From Vitrella brassicaformis CCMP3155 (lineage: Eukaryota; Protista; Chromerida), in the NCBI GenBank assembly GCA_001179505.1, contig CDMY01000198.1:62001-126000 (forward strand): a stretch of 64,000 nt of DNA. Direction: 5' to 3'. The position numbers and the translations under genes are program-made. Numbering within the stretch: position 1 is the stretch's first letter; every line of letters begins with the position of its first letter. The notes under the pieces were generated by a model that was not told the DNA's origin, made no database searches, and was given only the letters and a program-made list of their open reading frames with translations. Positions 25,316 through 38,225 of the stretch are shown piece by piece.

Positions 25316-25546
25316 AATCGGGACGCGGGGGGTTTCAGTCGGCCTGACAAGACTTGGACCAAAGCACAGGACGCGTCAGCTTCGAATTACATTTACAACT
25401 GTACACCACCCTAAGCCACTGGCCGTTGGTACCGTGTTCACCGCTTCCCAAACGCGCTGTTCCCCGTGTGTTCTCGACTCCTTCCTCCCTCATTTTCCCC
25501 CCTCCCCGCGTCCCTCGACCCCACGACGCGAGAAGTTTGCACAGCG

Positions 25547-25651
25547 ATGCTGGAGTGGGTGCTACCCGCAGCGATGGGCATCGAGAGCCTGCAGCTGATC
25601 CTCGGCTCTCTCGTCTGCCTGCCCGTCCTCTGCGTCATCCTGCTGGCCTGA
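25547..25651 (+). CDS. Putative 34-aa hydrophobic small ORF
   Basis: MLEWVLPAAMGIESLQLILGSLVCLPVLCVILLA; nearly all codons end in G/C like neighbouring genes. No homology evidence. Confidence 0.3.
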   Translation: MLEWVLPAAMGIESLQLILGSLVCLPVLCVILLA

Positions 25652-26135
25652 CGGACGGACTCCCCGCCGACCACAACGACCCGCCGGCTGTATAACTATT
25701 GTGGAACTCTGACTGACCTCTTTTCTCCTGTCTGTCTATCTGTCTGTCCGTGCCGTCCCGCTGAGGGCGGCTAATTAAGGCACCAGGGCCTGTTTCAGCG
25801 GCCTGCCTGGGTCTTCCTTCCTCCTCTACTGTCCCCCTTGTCTAACCCCTCTCTCCACCCCTCTTCTCTCCCTTCAGCGCGCCAGCCATCTCTTTACGTA
25901 TCGGATGCTGCGTATTCCACCCCCAATTAGCAAGGCCGCCAGTACTGTCGCTCCCACAACTGCCGAGCCGACAGACGGCGCCGTCACCAGACCAACGACG
26001 CCATCGCACAGCGATCTATATCCACCATCGTCAACAGCACCATCACAGCGTGTGAGTCTGTCCCTCTCCCCTCAAAGCAGCCCCCTCCGTCCAAGCCAGC
26101 CGCGACGAGGCGATCGGAGGGAGGGCGGGGGAGGG

Positions 26136-29100
26136 ATGGTCAACAGGACTTCCACATCCATAGTCAACGACAGACAGGGCAGGAGGGCGCTGCTGGGCCT
26201 CGTGTGCCTGGCCGCCCTCGCCCTTCTCACCCATATCCACGGAGCCGACGCGAAAATATCTAACACAGGTTGGTACTCGTTGGGGAATACGTGTGGGCGC
26301 TTGTATGCATCTCGTGGTGTGTGTTTCTGTTCCACTGTCTTTCTTCAGCAGCCCACAACGGTCGTCTGATCCTTCGGTTCACAGAGCGGTCCGAAGGCCA
26401 CCACTCCCGTCTGCAGCGGCACCTGACCGCCCAGGGCGTCCCCCTCCGAACCCCCGCGCACATCCAGCACAGGCGGCGGCACCTCTCCGCGGACACTGAC
26501 GACCCCTCGGCCCTCGAGTACCTGCCCAACGTCGACCTGGAGATCCTCCACATCGACCCCACCGCTGAGAAGGCCGACGTCTGCGCCATGGTGCAGCAGC
26601 AGTACGGTCAGGTGCTCGACCTGTGCGAGGCCGACCACCGCATCTTCGGCAGCCCCGACCAGCGGTCGGAGCCATTCCAGCTCTTCGCGGTGGATGACGA
26701 CGACGTGACCACGCCACCGCCCGCCAGTGAGGATGCAGACGAGGACGGCGTGCACGCCACTCACGGCGACGAGGGGCTCCCCAACGACCCCGGCTTCACC
26801 GAGCAGTGGGCGCTGTTCAACTCCTTGTATGACGGCTTCGACATCCACGCCCAGGAGGCGTGGAAGCTGATACAGTCACGGATCGTCAGCGGCCAGGCCA
26901 CACTTACTGAGTCAGCCGGCGGGGGCACCCTGAGCGCCAGCTCGCTCGACGAGCCGTCGGACGCGGTGAATGAGGACGGCGGCGAGAGCTTCAGGCCGAT
27001 CATTGCCGTGATTGACAGTGGGTCCGACTACACCCACCAGGACCTCGACGGCGCCCTGTGGATCAACCAAGCCGAGTTCCACGGCCAGGAGGGGCACGAT
27101 GACGACGGTGAGTGGAGGAGATTGATGCCATCAATCTCAATCCACACACGGACCACATGCGTGGGTGTGTGTGTCTCAGGGAACGGGTTTGTGGACGACA
27201 TCTACGGCTATGATTTCCGCAACGACGACGGCGACCCGATGGATGACGACGGGCACGGGACACACGTGACGGGCATCATCGCCGCGGGGGGCAACAACGG
27301 CAAGGGCATTGCGGGCGTCGCATGGGCCGCCAGACCGCAGATCATGGCACTCAAGTTCATGGGCAGGGACGCTGCTGACCCCACCACCACTACGGTCAGG
27401 GAGGGCAGACACCGGTGTGGGCACTGCGTATGGCAAATGGATGGACTGTGTTGTTGGTTGTTTCAGGGTTGGACATCTGATGCCATCCGTGCGCTGGACT
27501 ATGCCATCCAGATGGGGGCTCACGTGACCTGCAACTCCTGGGGAGGCGGCCCTTACGACTGGGTAATAAACAACCAAGACACGAGAACAGACTCCATTCC
27601 CCAGAACGTTGCTCTCGCCTTGTTCCCCCGTCTCTCCCACCCAGGGTCTCGAGCGTGCCATTCAGAAATCGGCCGACAACCAGCAGCTGTTCGTGGTGGC
27701 CGCAGGCAACGAGCAGCTGGACCTCGACGCGAGCCCCCAGTTCCCCGCGGGCTTCGCCGAGAAGATCCGCAACGTTATCAACGTGGCCAGCACGGACAAG
27801 CAGGGCGGCCTGCTGTACGACAGCAACTACGGCAAGGGGACGGTCCACCTTGGCGCGCCGGGGGAGAGGATCCTTTCCACGGTTCTGGACGGCAAATACG
27901 CCTACTATAGCGGGACTTCAATGGCCGCTCCCTTTGTCGCCGGTAAGCAGACGCATGGGCGATGGATGGTTTGGATGAGCGAGGGCAGTGTGTGTACCAT
28001 CTGTGTTTCGTGTGCAGGTGTGGCGGCCATGGCGCTGAGTCTGCAGCCGTCTCTAGCGTTTGACTTTGAGTCTCTCCGTAAGATGCTGCTGGGCACAGTC
28101 AACCCTCTGGATGGCCTGAAGGGCGTCACCATCACCGCCGGACAGCTCAACGCCAAGGGAGCTCTCGAGGTACACACCCCTCTCTCCCCTGTGTGTGTCC
28201 CCTCAGTGACAGTTTGTCTTTGCTGGCTGTGTCTGTCATCAGGAGGCCATCATAGCGTCGGACAGCGCGTCCATAATCGTCAAGAAGCACTCGTCCTGCT
28301 TCCAGACGGACACCGACTTCCACGGCCACGACATCCTCGGGCCCCTCACCACCACCTCGCCCCTCACTCTCAACGGCCGGCGGGTGCAGCCTCTGGCCGC
28401 CAGCACCCCCGAGGCCTGTCAGGAGGCCTGCCAGGCGCTGAGCACCTGTGCCTACTGGACCTTCAACAAGGCCAAGCAGTGCTGGCTTAAGAGGAAGGAT
28501 GCCGTCAGGGGCGCCAGCCTCGCGGAAGGGGCCGTCTCGGGACCAAAACGATGCAGACCTAAGCGGCAAGGTAAGAGAGAAATCGGCGGGAAGAGCTAGA
28601 GCTGAGCATTGACTTTTCTCTGTCTGCCACTCACTCAGACGAGCGCCACAAAAGCATGGCCACCAGTGGGTGTTTCGAGCACGACACTGCCCTGGCCAGC
28701 GTCAGCAAAACCGCCAAAAACACATCCGACCCCGTGCGTGTGGCGACCAACGTGACGTCGGCCATCAGCTGCCAGGCCGCCTGCCTGCTCGTGGGCGACT
28801 GCCTCTCCTGGACCTTCTATCCCCCCACCACAACCGTCCGCACCGAGGGCGTCATGGCCCCCATTGACAGGACCGAGGCGTTCACACACATCAAAAACAT
28901 CTCCAAGACTATCACCAACAAGAACACCACCAAGGCGGCTGAGAATGGCACAGCTGATGCTGATGCTGATGCCACGGGGGGGTGCTATCTGCAGCGAACC
29001 ACGGAATTTTCGCGCAGACGTGTGGTGGGGGCGGTCTCTGGGTCGAGGGCGTCACGAGAGTGCTCAGGTGGGTGCAGGCATTCACACCTGACTGCTGAGA

Positions 29101-30319
29101 CGATGGAGGCCCGCGGTGATGCTGCACTCTCTCTGTTTCGCTCCGTTGCAGAAGCATCGTCGGCTAATGTGACTGTCACGGCCACCGCCTCCGAGGCCAG
29201 CCCCGCCGTCGAATCGCACACCCTCCTCTCCTGGCTCATCTGCAAGGTCGACTCATCCCAGCCATCGTGCGCCGGCAACAACACCACAGCCACCAAGACA
29301 CAGCAACACTGGGACACCACCACGACCAACAGCAGCACCAGCAACGTCGGCAGCGGCAATCTCGTGCGCATCCGCAATGCGGCCGAGCCCGACCCGCCGA
29401 TGGGCGAGGATGCGCTCAAGGAGGCCCTCAGAATGCGGCGCGACATGCGGGACAGAATGGGAGCTGTGAAGGAGACCAGCACGGGGGCTGGGGCGATGAT
29501 GGGGCCTGGGTTGGGGGAGGGGGAGGACTACGATTGGATGGGCGTGTACACGGCAGCCGTTGGCAGCAGCCTCATGCTCGGTGCTATCGTGGTCTTCGTC
29601 TGTGTGCGGAGGGCACAAGGTACGTCGCTGCCACATTTGTAGACGTCACGGTGGAATGATTCTCTCTGTCTGCCGCTTGTGATTGGTCGGGTGCAGTGTT
29701 CAGTTTGGTTCGCGAGCAGACGGGCAAGACGACCCCCGGCAGCCCCCTGTGCATCCCCAAGATCGCCATATCCGGCACCCCACCCACCACACTCGCAGCA
29801 GCAGCGGCCTCGTCCGCCTCCCCCTCATGGGCGCCATCGCACCCCACCGCCCTCCACCAGTCAGCCTTCTTCTTCTTCCCATTCAGGACACATACACGCG
29901 ACCACTCCACCCGATCTGAGCCGCCACCCGGACAGAGCCTTTCCCTCACGCTGCCCGCACAGACGGCCGTCGATGCATCTCTGGGTGGGGCCGACAAGAG
30001 GGCCAGCAATGGCGGCTCACAGACGTCGCGAGAGAGCGAGAAACGGGCGAAGAGTGTCGGCAAACACGGGCACAAGAAGACCCGGGCGGCTGGTGGTGGT
30101 GGTGGTGTGGATTCCGGTCCTGAGGAGAGCGAGATGCCGCACAAGCCGACGGATGGAGAGGGCAGCGGCAGCGGGAGGGCAGCGGTGGGCATGTACACCC
30201 CGGCCCATTTGGCGTCGAGGAGCGGCCGCACGCCCCAGACGGCCCCCACACACACGACGGGGTGCGGGAGGAAGGTGGCCACGCTGCCTATTAAGTCGAA
30301 GCGGACCAGACACAAGTAA
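26136..30319 (+). CDS. Subtilisin-like S8 serine protease with two PAN/Apple domains and a C-terminal TM helix
   Basis: Signal/anchor RALLGLVCLAALALL. Triad AVIDSG (D), GHGTHVTG (H), SGTSMAAP (S); oxyanion AAGN. PAN motifs TPEACQEACQALSTCAYWTF...CWLK and SAISCQAACLLVGDCLSWTF...CYL. TM AAVGSSLMLGAIVVFVCV. An in-frame upstream ATG exists at 25905. Confidence 0.9.
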
Positions 30320-30502
30320 CGATGATAGATCGGATGGGATGGGCGCATCAAAGGAACGGATGGATGGATGGATTCCGCGAGCGGGTGGAATGGGTACCGT
30401 ATGATGAATGGCTCCGTGTGTGTGTGTGTGTGTGTGTACGCTTCCGATTAATGGTCATCTAGTTTTGGTTGTGTGTGTGTGTGTGCTTGAGTGTGTGTGT
30501 GT

Positions 30503-30539
<37 letters not shown>

Positions 30540-32289
30540 GCATGTCTATTTAAAACGTCCGTCCCCTGTACATACATACCGACAGAGTGTCTGTCTGTCT
30601 GTCTGTCTGTGTCTCCCTCCCTCTCTGTCTGTCTGTCTGTCCGCCTCTCTGCTGCCTGCTGCATGCGCTGCACACGTGGTGCAGATTTTCACCAGCCACT
30701 CTCTCTCCCAGAAAGGAAAGGAAGAAAGCAAACAAAAGGAATTAGCTCCTACATACCAAAGACACATGTAGGTATCGCACACATACCACACCACACCACA
30801 CCATACACACACAGCGGTGCACCGATCCCCCCAGCCACGCCACGCCACTCGCCGCCCTTTTAGCTAGGTAGATATTTTACCTACCGGTCACTGCTTGCTG
30901 TGGTGGGTGGGTGGGCGAGTGTTCCCATTCACCGCCACACCCACCTTCAGGCTGTGAATGGGTGTCATTTTGTCGGTATTTCCATTCATTCATTCATCCC
31001 ATTTCATCCCGATTCATTCCATCGCACCCCCCCGCCCACCCACACCACACTAATACTAGATACACACTCGATACGATACACACACTGTGTTGGTCATTCT
31101 CGCTTCTTCCTTCTGCCCACCATGTGCGCGTGTGCTCTCTCTCTCTCTCTCTCTCTCGCCCTCTGTCTCCGTCTCGTGTGTCTGTCTGTCTGTCTGTGTG
31201 TGTGTGTGTCTATCTGTGTGGTGTGTATGGGTCTTCCTGTCTTCCTGACTGCACGAAATCTGTATTATCAAGTGAGCGTGTGTCTGCCTTGCCTTGCTTG
31301 TGGTCGGCCGAGGCAGACACACCTCTGCAGTCAGGTGCACCCCATCCCGTCCCATGTATCCCACCCATGTCAATGATATATAGATAACATTGATATATTT
31401 GTTTACGCTCGAGTACTGACTGATTGGTTGCTTGTTGAGGGAGGGACACTCGTTGGTTGGTTGGTTGGTTGGTTGGTTGGTCGCCCTTCTCTCCCTTCCC
31501 CCTCCCCCTCTGCTTACACACGGAAGTCCGTTCGGTCCCCCTTGTATAGGTCGATGATGATGGATGGCGCTTTTGTAAGTTCAGTAAGTGCGCTGGCTGC
31601 TCCCTTTTCCCGCTCTCCTCCACGCCACGCCCGTCTGCCCGCCTTCTCTCAGAGCTGAGCGTTTTGTCTCTCTGCCTGTCTCCCTGCCTGCATACACTCA
31701 CATACAAATGGCGATCGAGGCTTGTCCCCACACTACCTACACTCCTTTCTACTCTACACACAGACACACCACTGCCCTGCCTACCTGGATTTTCCCAGCC
31801 ACACATATCCATGCAGTCCCGTCAGTCAGTGAGTGGAGTCAGGCCACCTTTTGAACGGCGCCAGCCAGGTCAAGCTGCTGAGCTCAGTCACCAACCGCCA
31901 TCGATCGCCTGAAGCGAGCACTAGTGCATGGTTTTGTGCTGCATGCCCTTGGTGGGGTGGGTCAGGTGAGTGAGGCCCGGGCCTCCGCCGTACACGTGAC
32001 GCAGGGGATGGGTGGGTAGGTGGGGATGGACGAAACGGATCATGATAAAACGGACACACAGGGGCGGCAGGAGCAGGGACGGACGGACGTACATGGGGGT
32101 GACGTAAGACACTAGGTCGATTGCTTGCAATGAGTGCTATCAAGTGGAATGTTTTCAGAGTGCATCTCCCGGCCACATTCGGCCAGGAGCCGCGAGTTCA
32201 AACATCCTGTCACGGTGCTCAAAGGTGGACGAGGGCGAAGGATGAAGAGGAGTTGATCATTATCCATCACCCTCCTGCCTCCGTTGCTC

Positions 32290-34680
32290 ATGATCTTTCG
32301 ATTGGGAAGGCTGATGAGTCTCTCGAACACGGTTGCTCTGCCTGCGTTGCTGTTTTGCCAGCTACAAAGCATAAACTGCCTCACCACCCCTCCGTCTGCC
32401 TCTTCCCTGGACCCCCGAGGCAAGAGATCTGCGTCCACGGCACACGGCCACAGCCTGTCTGCGCATGAAGGCTACTGGTTCAGCAGCAAGGCGGCGTCCT
32501 CGACGCCTCCCTTCCTTCTGGAGCGCATTCGCTCATCGCCGCCGCACTCCCTCATCGCTGGAGGGTTTGAGCCTCTCGAGGATCACGACCTGTGAGTGAA
32601 CCGCGGGAATAGAAAGCGTCTATGGGACACAGACGTGGTGTTTGTGGTGTGTGTGTGTGTGTGTCGAAGGTATGAGGTCCCTCCCGAGAGCATAACGGGC
32701 GAGCTGCCATCAGGGCTGAGAGGCACGCACTTTGTCAACGGGGCGGGCAGGATCAGGTATGCACACGCACAGAGATCCACCCCACTGAGCATTGCTGATT
32801 GTTTTCCTGCATCTCCACTGTCAGGGTGGGCAACACGTTCTACGGCCACTGGTTTGACGGCGACGGCTTCATCGCTGCGCTCAGCCTGACGGGCGACGGG
32901 AGGGCGTTCTTCCAATCCAAATACATCAGGACGAAGAGGTACCTGGCACAGGAGAAGATTGGTGCGTCGAAGCTGGCCATGAGAGGGGCGTGGACCAACA
33001 AGCCGGGGGGCGTGTTCGGCAACATGTGAGCAGCTGACGCACACCCACACACACCGAGGCGCACCTGATGATCACTTGTGCAGGTTTCGCATCCCGACCA
33101 ACCCGAGCAACACGGCCGTCCTGTACTATGACAACAAGCTGCTGGCCTTGTGCGAGGGCGGTGTGCCCTATCAGGTGGACCCGTACACCCTGCGGTCAAG
33201 CGGCAAGGGCACAGGCGACTACACCTTCGGCGGAGCCGTCACACAGACATTCGGGTACACAGACACATACGCTTGGCATGATGTAAGCTGACACTTCGCT
33301 GGGTCACTCCTATCTGTGTGGTGTGTGCATCTTGGACACAGCGCCCACCTCAAGCGCGACCCGACCACCGACGTCATCTACAACTTTGGCGTCGAATTGA
33401 GCGGGAGCAAACTCATCATCTTCAAGATCTTCCCGCCTCTCACCCCAGGCACCCCCGGACACACCGACACCGCGTCCATCGGGCTGCGGGGCTTTGTGCC
33501 GTTCACGCACGACTTCGCCATCACTGAGAACTACATAGTGGTGGTGTTTTCGGCGTATGTGCTGGAGCAGACGAGGTCGCTCGGCGTGCTGCTGGGGAGA
33601 GGGACGATTGGGGGCGGCTATGAGTGGAGGGAAGACAAAGGTGCGGCCCATCCCCCCCAGGACGTGCTGTCCTCACACCACACCCATTGAAGGCATCATG
33701 TGTGGTGTGCATGGTTGTCCACGCTTGGTGTGTGTGTGTCAGGTAGTCGTGTTGTGGTATTGAAGAAGAGCGACCTGTCCTGCGTGGCTGACTTCAAGAC
33801 GCCCGCCATCTCTTTTTATCACGTGGCCAATGCGTTCGAGGACCCCAAGGACAACAGCACCATCAGGTTACACATCGCAAGGCACGCGAGAGCCAACAGA
33901 GAAGAGGTAGGTATACAGACACAGACAGACACGCATAGCATAAGCCCACATGCCATGAGAGACCTAATCCCTCTCTTTGCGTGTGTGTGATCCATCGATC
34001 AGGTTGAGAAGTTCTTGTCGAGTCCGCAGCTGGTGCCCAACACGCTCGATCGCATGCCCGACCTTCACGAGCTCGAGATCAGCCTCAAGGACAAGCGAAT
34101 CGTCCGCAACGTGCCTCTTGCCACGCCTTCAGGGGCCGTCAAGGGCTGCGCCGGAGAGTTCCCAATCATCAACCCCAAGATGACCGGCAAACAAAACAGG
34201 TACACACATACACAGCCACAGACAAACAGTGCCGCTCTCTCAACAGCATGAGGCTCCTCTCTGTCTCCTTGCCTCTGCAGGTATATCTATCAGACGTGCC
34301 TCGACACGACGTCGGCACCTGATAACCAAGACTCGCAGTACTTCAATGCGATCCAGAAGGTCGACCTGCGCGGCGAATCCTGGCCCATCTACAGCTTCTC
34401 CCCTTACAGAGCGCCGAATGAGGCCTACTTCATCGCACGGGAGGGCTCCAAGGCTGAGGACGACGGCTGGCTGCTGGTGCCCGTGTACAACGCGTACCAG
34501 CACATCAGCGAGTACTGGATATTCGAGGCGGCCGACATCGCCAAGGGACCGATCTCGGTGATATCGCTGCCGCACCACTTTCCCTTCACCTTCCACGGCA
34601 CGTTTGTGCGCGGCCCCAAAGTCCCCGATGGCATGCTCAAGAACAGGGGGAGGGCAGCTGCGGCACCAGTGGCGAGATGA
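32290..34680 (+). CDS. Carotenoid cleavage oxygenase (CCD/ACO/RPE65 family)
   Basis: GELPSGLRG..FVNGAG, HWFDGDG, NPSNTAV, LLALCEGG.PY, four Fe-ligand His (SAHLK, FTHDF, FYHVANA, TFHGTF), EFPIIN, EDDGWLL. Hydrophobic N-terminus. Confidence 0.92.
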
Positions 34681-35242
34681 GTGAATGAATGATGGAGTGG
34701 GCGAGAGAGGGGGGTGTTGGTGGCTAGGCTATGCTATTTGTGTATGTCGATATGTAATCTATATCGTCTTATCGGTTTGGTGGTGTGGTGTGGTGTGGGG
34801 GGTGTGAAGAGCGTCCCAGCTAGGCTGGACAGACCAAGTGGTGGGCAGTGTTTGTGCAGTGGGCCGAGAGCGTCGGATGACGCTATCTAGAGAGTCATTT
34901 TGTGACCTGTATGGACCTTTTTATGGGTTGGCGTCTCAGCACATAAACGTCCCCCTGCACGCGCCTCACGTCGCCTTGAGGTCGAGCACGGCACGGCACC
35001 ACTCTCGATGCTGAGGCCATCAAGAGCGATTCCGTGACGAAGCTCTCACCAACACCACATGAGACACGAAGAGTTCACGACCCTATCGCAACTCTCTCCA
35101 AGAGACAAGACGACTACAAAACACACGATACAGCGAAAAATGTGTGTTGTCAATCCGACACATGCAGATATGTATCCAGAAACGGCAAGTGCGATATCGC
35201 CACACGCAAGCCATTCACATAAACGGCATCCCATGCACGGCA

Positions 35243-36939
35243 TCACTCAATGGCCATCGATACGAAGCAGCCCTTCTTGTCACAGTAGCCCAGCTGCGGC
35301 CACTCGAACACGCAGTCGCCAGCCAGATGCTCGTTGAAGCCCTTCGTGATGCCCGTGATCCCATACTTGGAGGCCTCGTCCATGCGCGCTTTGTGCACCA
35401 CCTCACGCAGGCCGATCTCCCTCTTGCTGCCGCCCTCGGAGACCGCGAAGCACTGCAGCGGTGGGATGCTCACCGTCTGGCCCCGCACCTCCATGACCCC
35501 GCCCACCACCTCCTTGTTGCTCGCCGTCTTGGTCGCAGCACATGTCACGAAATGCGACATGGCCTTGTGGATGCGCTTGCCCAGTGCGAAGTGGGAGCGC
35601 AGCGCGATGGAGTTGAGGGCGGTCTGTGCCGTCTCGCCGTCGAAGTTGAATGCCGCGATCCGCCAGGCGAGCAGCGCCGCCTCGTGTGGGCCGAGGGAGA
35701 GGCTGGAGGGGGACGGATCATCGCCGTCGTGATGGGGAGCCAGCGGCAGCAGATGGGTGAGGAGGGCCGCGAGGTCTCGGTGTGGCTTGAGGGCCTTGTT
35801 GACGGCGTCCATGACGTCACGGGCCAGCAGATGCAGCACGCTCGCGTACTCGTGCAGCACCACACGTCGCTCCTTCTGGAGGCTGTCCTGATCGAAGTCA
35901 GGGGGGCGCATGGTGTCGATGCACGCCCCGGCCCGCAGGAGGGCCCGGATGATGAGCTTCTGTGTCTTGATGATGGTCTCCTCGTCGCGGACGTCCTTCT
36001 GGATGCAGCCGTGCTGGAGGTCGTCGGCCAGAAGGCCCGATATGGTGGCGAGATGGGAGTGCGGCTTTCGATCCAGCTGTGCGAGGGTGAGATGCCGACA
36101 GAGGTACTCGGCCACAACGAGGGAGCAGTGGCCGGCCATGGTGATGGCGTCAGTCATCGGCGTGCCGTGGGTGAAGTTTTCCTCGTTGAGCGACGCGCCG
36201 TGGGCCACCAGCAGGTCAAGGTAGGCGATGATGAAGCTGGTGGAGTACTCGGGCCAGCAGTCTTGAGCGATGTGGTGCACGGCGGTCGTGCCAGCGATGT
36301 CTTCATTGGTGCCGTCATACGCGATGCTCTCGGCTGCGAGGGTCGAGTCGATGGCCAGGAGCCGACCAATGGTGGCCATGAGGTTCTCTTCGTATTGCCG
36401 GCTGGTGGGGGTGGGGCAGGGACGGAAGGGCACGAAGATGAGCTGCTGGCCTTGGAGGCTGGCGCCGTGCTTGACGAACACCTCGAACGCCTCCATGTTG
36501 GCTCTGCGGATGGCCAGCTTGATGGGCGAGAGGACGGTGTCATCGGGCCAGACGCCTGTGACGGGATTTTTTGAGCCTCTCGGGCCTCTCACCCCCAGCC
36601 CCTCGATCAATGCGCCCTTCTGAATCAGCGCCTCGAGAACGGCTGCCTGCATCTCGCGGCTGGGCCACGTGGGTAGATCGATCTCCGGCACCTCACCCCA
36701 GACCATCAGGGAAGAGCAGCCCGTCACGTCGTCAATGGCCAGGCCGAGAATGCTCACAGTGGTGGTGGTGCGCTCGCCGTCTTTGTCGCGGCTGGGGACA
36801 GATACGTGCAGGTTGGCATCGGCGCCGTCTGGTCCGTCGAAGAGACGGCCCAGGTCGGCCACTGTGACGGTCCGCTGCTGGATGCCGCTGCAAAGCTGCT
36901 CACTCGCGGGGCTGGTGCCGGCAGGGAGGCGGTAGAGAC
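35243..36939 (-). CDS. Ankyrin-repeat protein, long single exon (lineage-expanded type)
   Basis: LSPIKLAIRRANMEAFEVFVKHGASL, GTTAVHHIAQ, YLDLLVAHGASLNE, GTPMTDAI, IIRALLRAGACI. No in-frame ATG near the 5' end; probably spliced to upstream exons. Confidence 0.75.
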
Positions 36940-37029
36940 CTGCCAGCCCGAGCAAAAGATGATGAAGCTGGCGTTGTGTGCGCCTGTGTGGTGTGCAGGA
37001 ACATACCGGTCTGCAGGTGATCTTCTTCC

Positions 37030-37943
37030 TCACTCGTGCCGCCAGATGCTCTCGCCTTGGCTGCACCAACACACACAGACAGTACAGCACCTTTGTGCTT
37101 GAACCGACGCCTTCTCACCATCGTGCTCCTTGGCCTTCTTCAGCTCCCTCAAACCAAACATACACATGGCGTCCATGGGGTGCGCTTGCGGCTTCTTGCC
37201 GCCATCGCCGCCCTCGCCCCTCATGGTCCCTCGCTGCTGGGTGCTGGGATGGTGACGGCGACGACCTCCTGATAGACCACCACCCACCCACTCATCATCC
37301 ACCTACCACACACACGAGGGACGGGTCGAGGCTGAGGGCCTTGGCGAAGTCCATCTCGGCCTCTTCCAACTTGCCCAGTCGACCGTACACGCGACCACGA
37401 CGCAACAAACCCTGAACACACCAACCAACCAACACACACACACAGACAGATGGATTTCACGCGCGGACGTCGTCGTCTGCTCACCTTGATGTGTGTGCCG
37501 TTTTCGCTGAGAAGCAGGGTGGCGGCGTTGATGGCGCTCTCGTCGTCTCGCAGGTGGTCGTAAGCCAGTGTCAGGTTGGCCAGCAGGGCCTCGCGCACCC
37601 CACGCACGAGCGGATGGTATCGAACAGGGTCGGTCCTCCTGAGCCCCTCTCTGTAGCTCGGGACTGCGAGGAAGTTCTTGCCTTGTTTCATCTCGTTGTT
37701 GCCGTCATCCTTGCAATACGTTGCACTGAACAACAGCAGCCACACACACACAGCGACAACAACGGCACACCCACGGACAAGTGGCACGACCCACGCACGG
37801 GTGCCTCTCTGATCCCGCGTACTAAGAGACGATGGCCTGGACTTCCTGGAGATCATGCGCAGGCGGCGCCTGCTCGTGGACGGCGGCGTGAGGGGAAGAA
37901 GGGCTGAGGAACCGGAGTTCCGCCTCCGCCTGAAAGAGTTCAT
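37030..37943 (-). CDS. TPR-repeat protein (possibly the 5' part of the ankyrin gene)
   Basis: YCKDDGNNEMKQGK...SYREGL, LLANLTLAYDHL, IKGLLRRGRVYGRLGKLEEAEMDFAKALSLDP. Confidence 0.7.
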
Positions 37944-38225
37944 CAAGCTTGGCACGGTCCGACTCTGGCTGGGACGACATTGGCTGGTCCGAAGCAGCTT
38001 CGGAGAAAGGAAGGGCGGAGATCTGCTTCAAGCTGGCAGATTCTGACCGTGAGACCTTGCCCATCGCTTTGTGCTCTACTGCGGGTGGTAGTGACAGGTA
38101 TTGCCATCTGCATTGCCGCCACCGCTGCTTTATCATCCTTTCATCAGCTGCCTGTCCGACAGCAGAAGATCCTGAAGGCGCCGACGAGGCCAGCGCTGTT
38201 CACGAAGCAGCAGCAAGCCGTGAAG

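Noticed and set aside
30320-32289. Microsatellite-rich region with many ORFs of C/V/H/T repeats
   Set aside because: The ORFs are translations of (GT)n/(GTCT)n tracts, most likely UTR or intergenic. No CRISPR-like spacer structure.
37735-37805. Apparent TM helix (VVPLVRGCAVVVAVCVWLLLF) in the TPR ORF
   Set aside because: It is a GT-rich stretch ending in TTGTTCAG, so almost certainly an in-frame intron.
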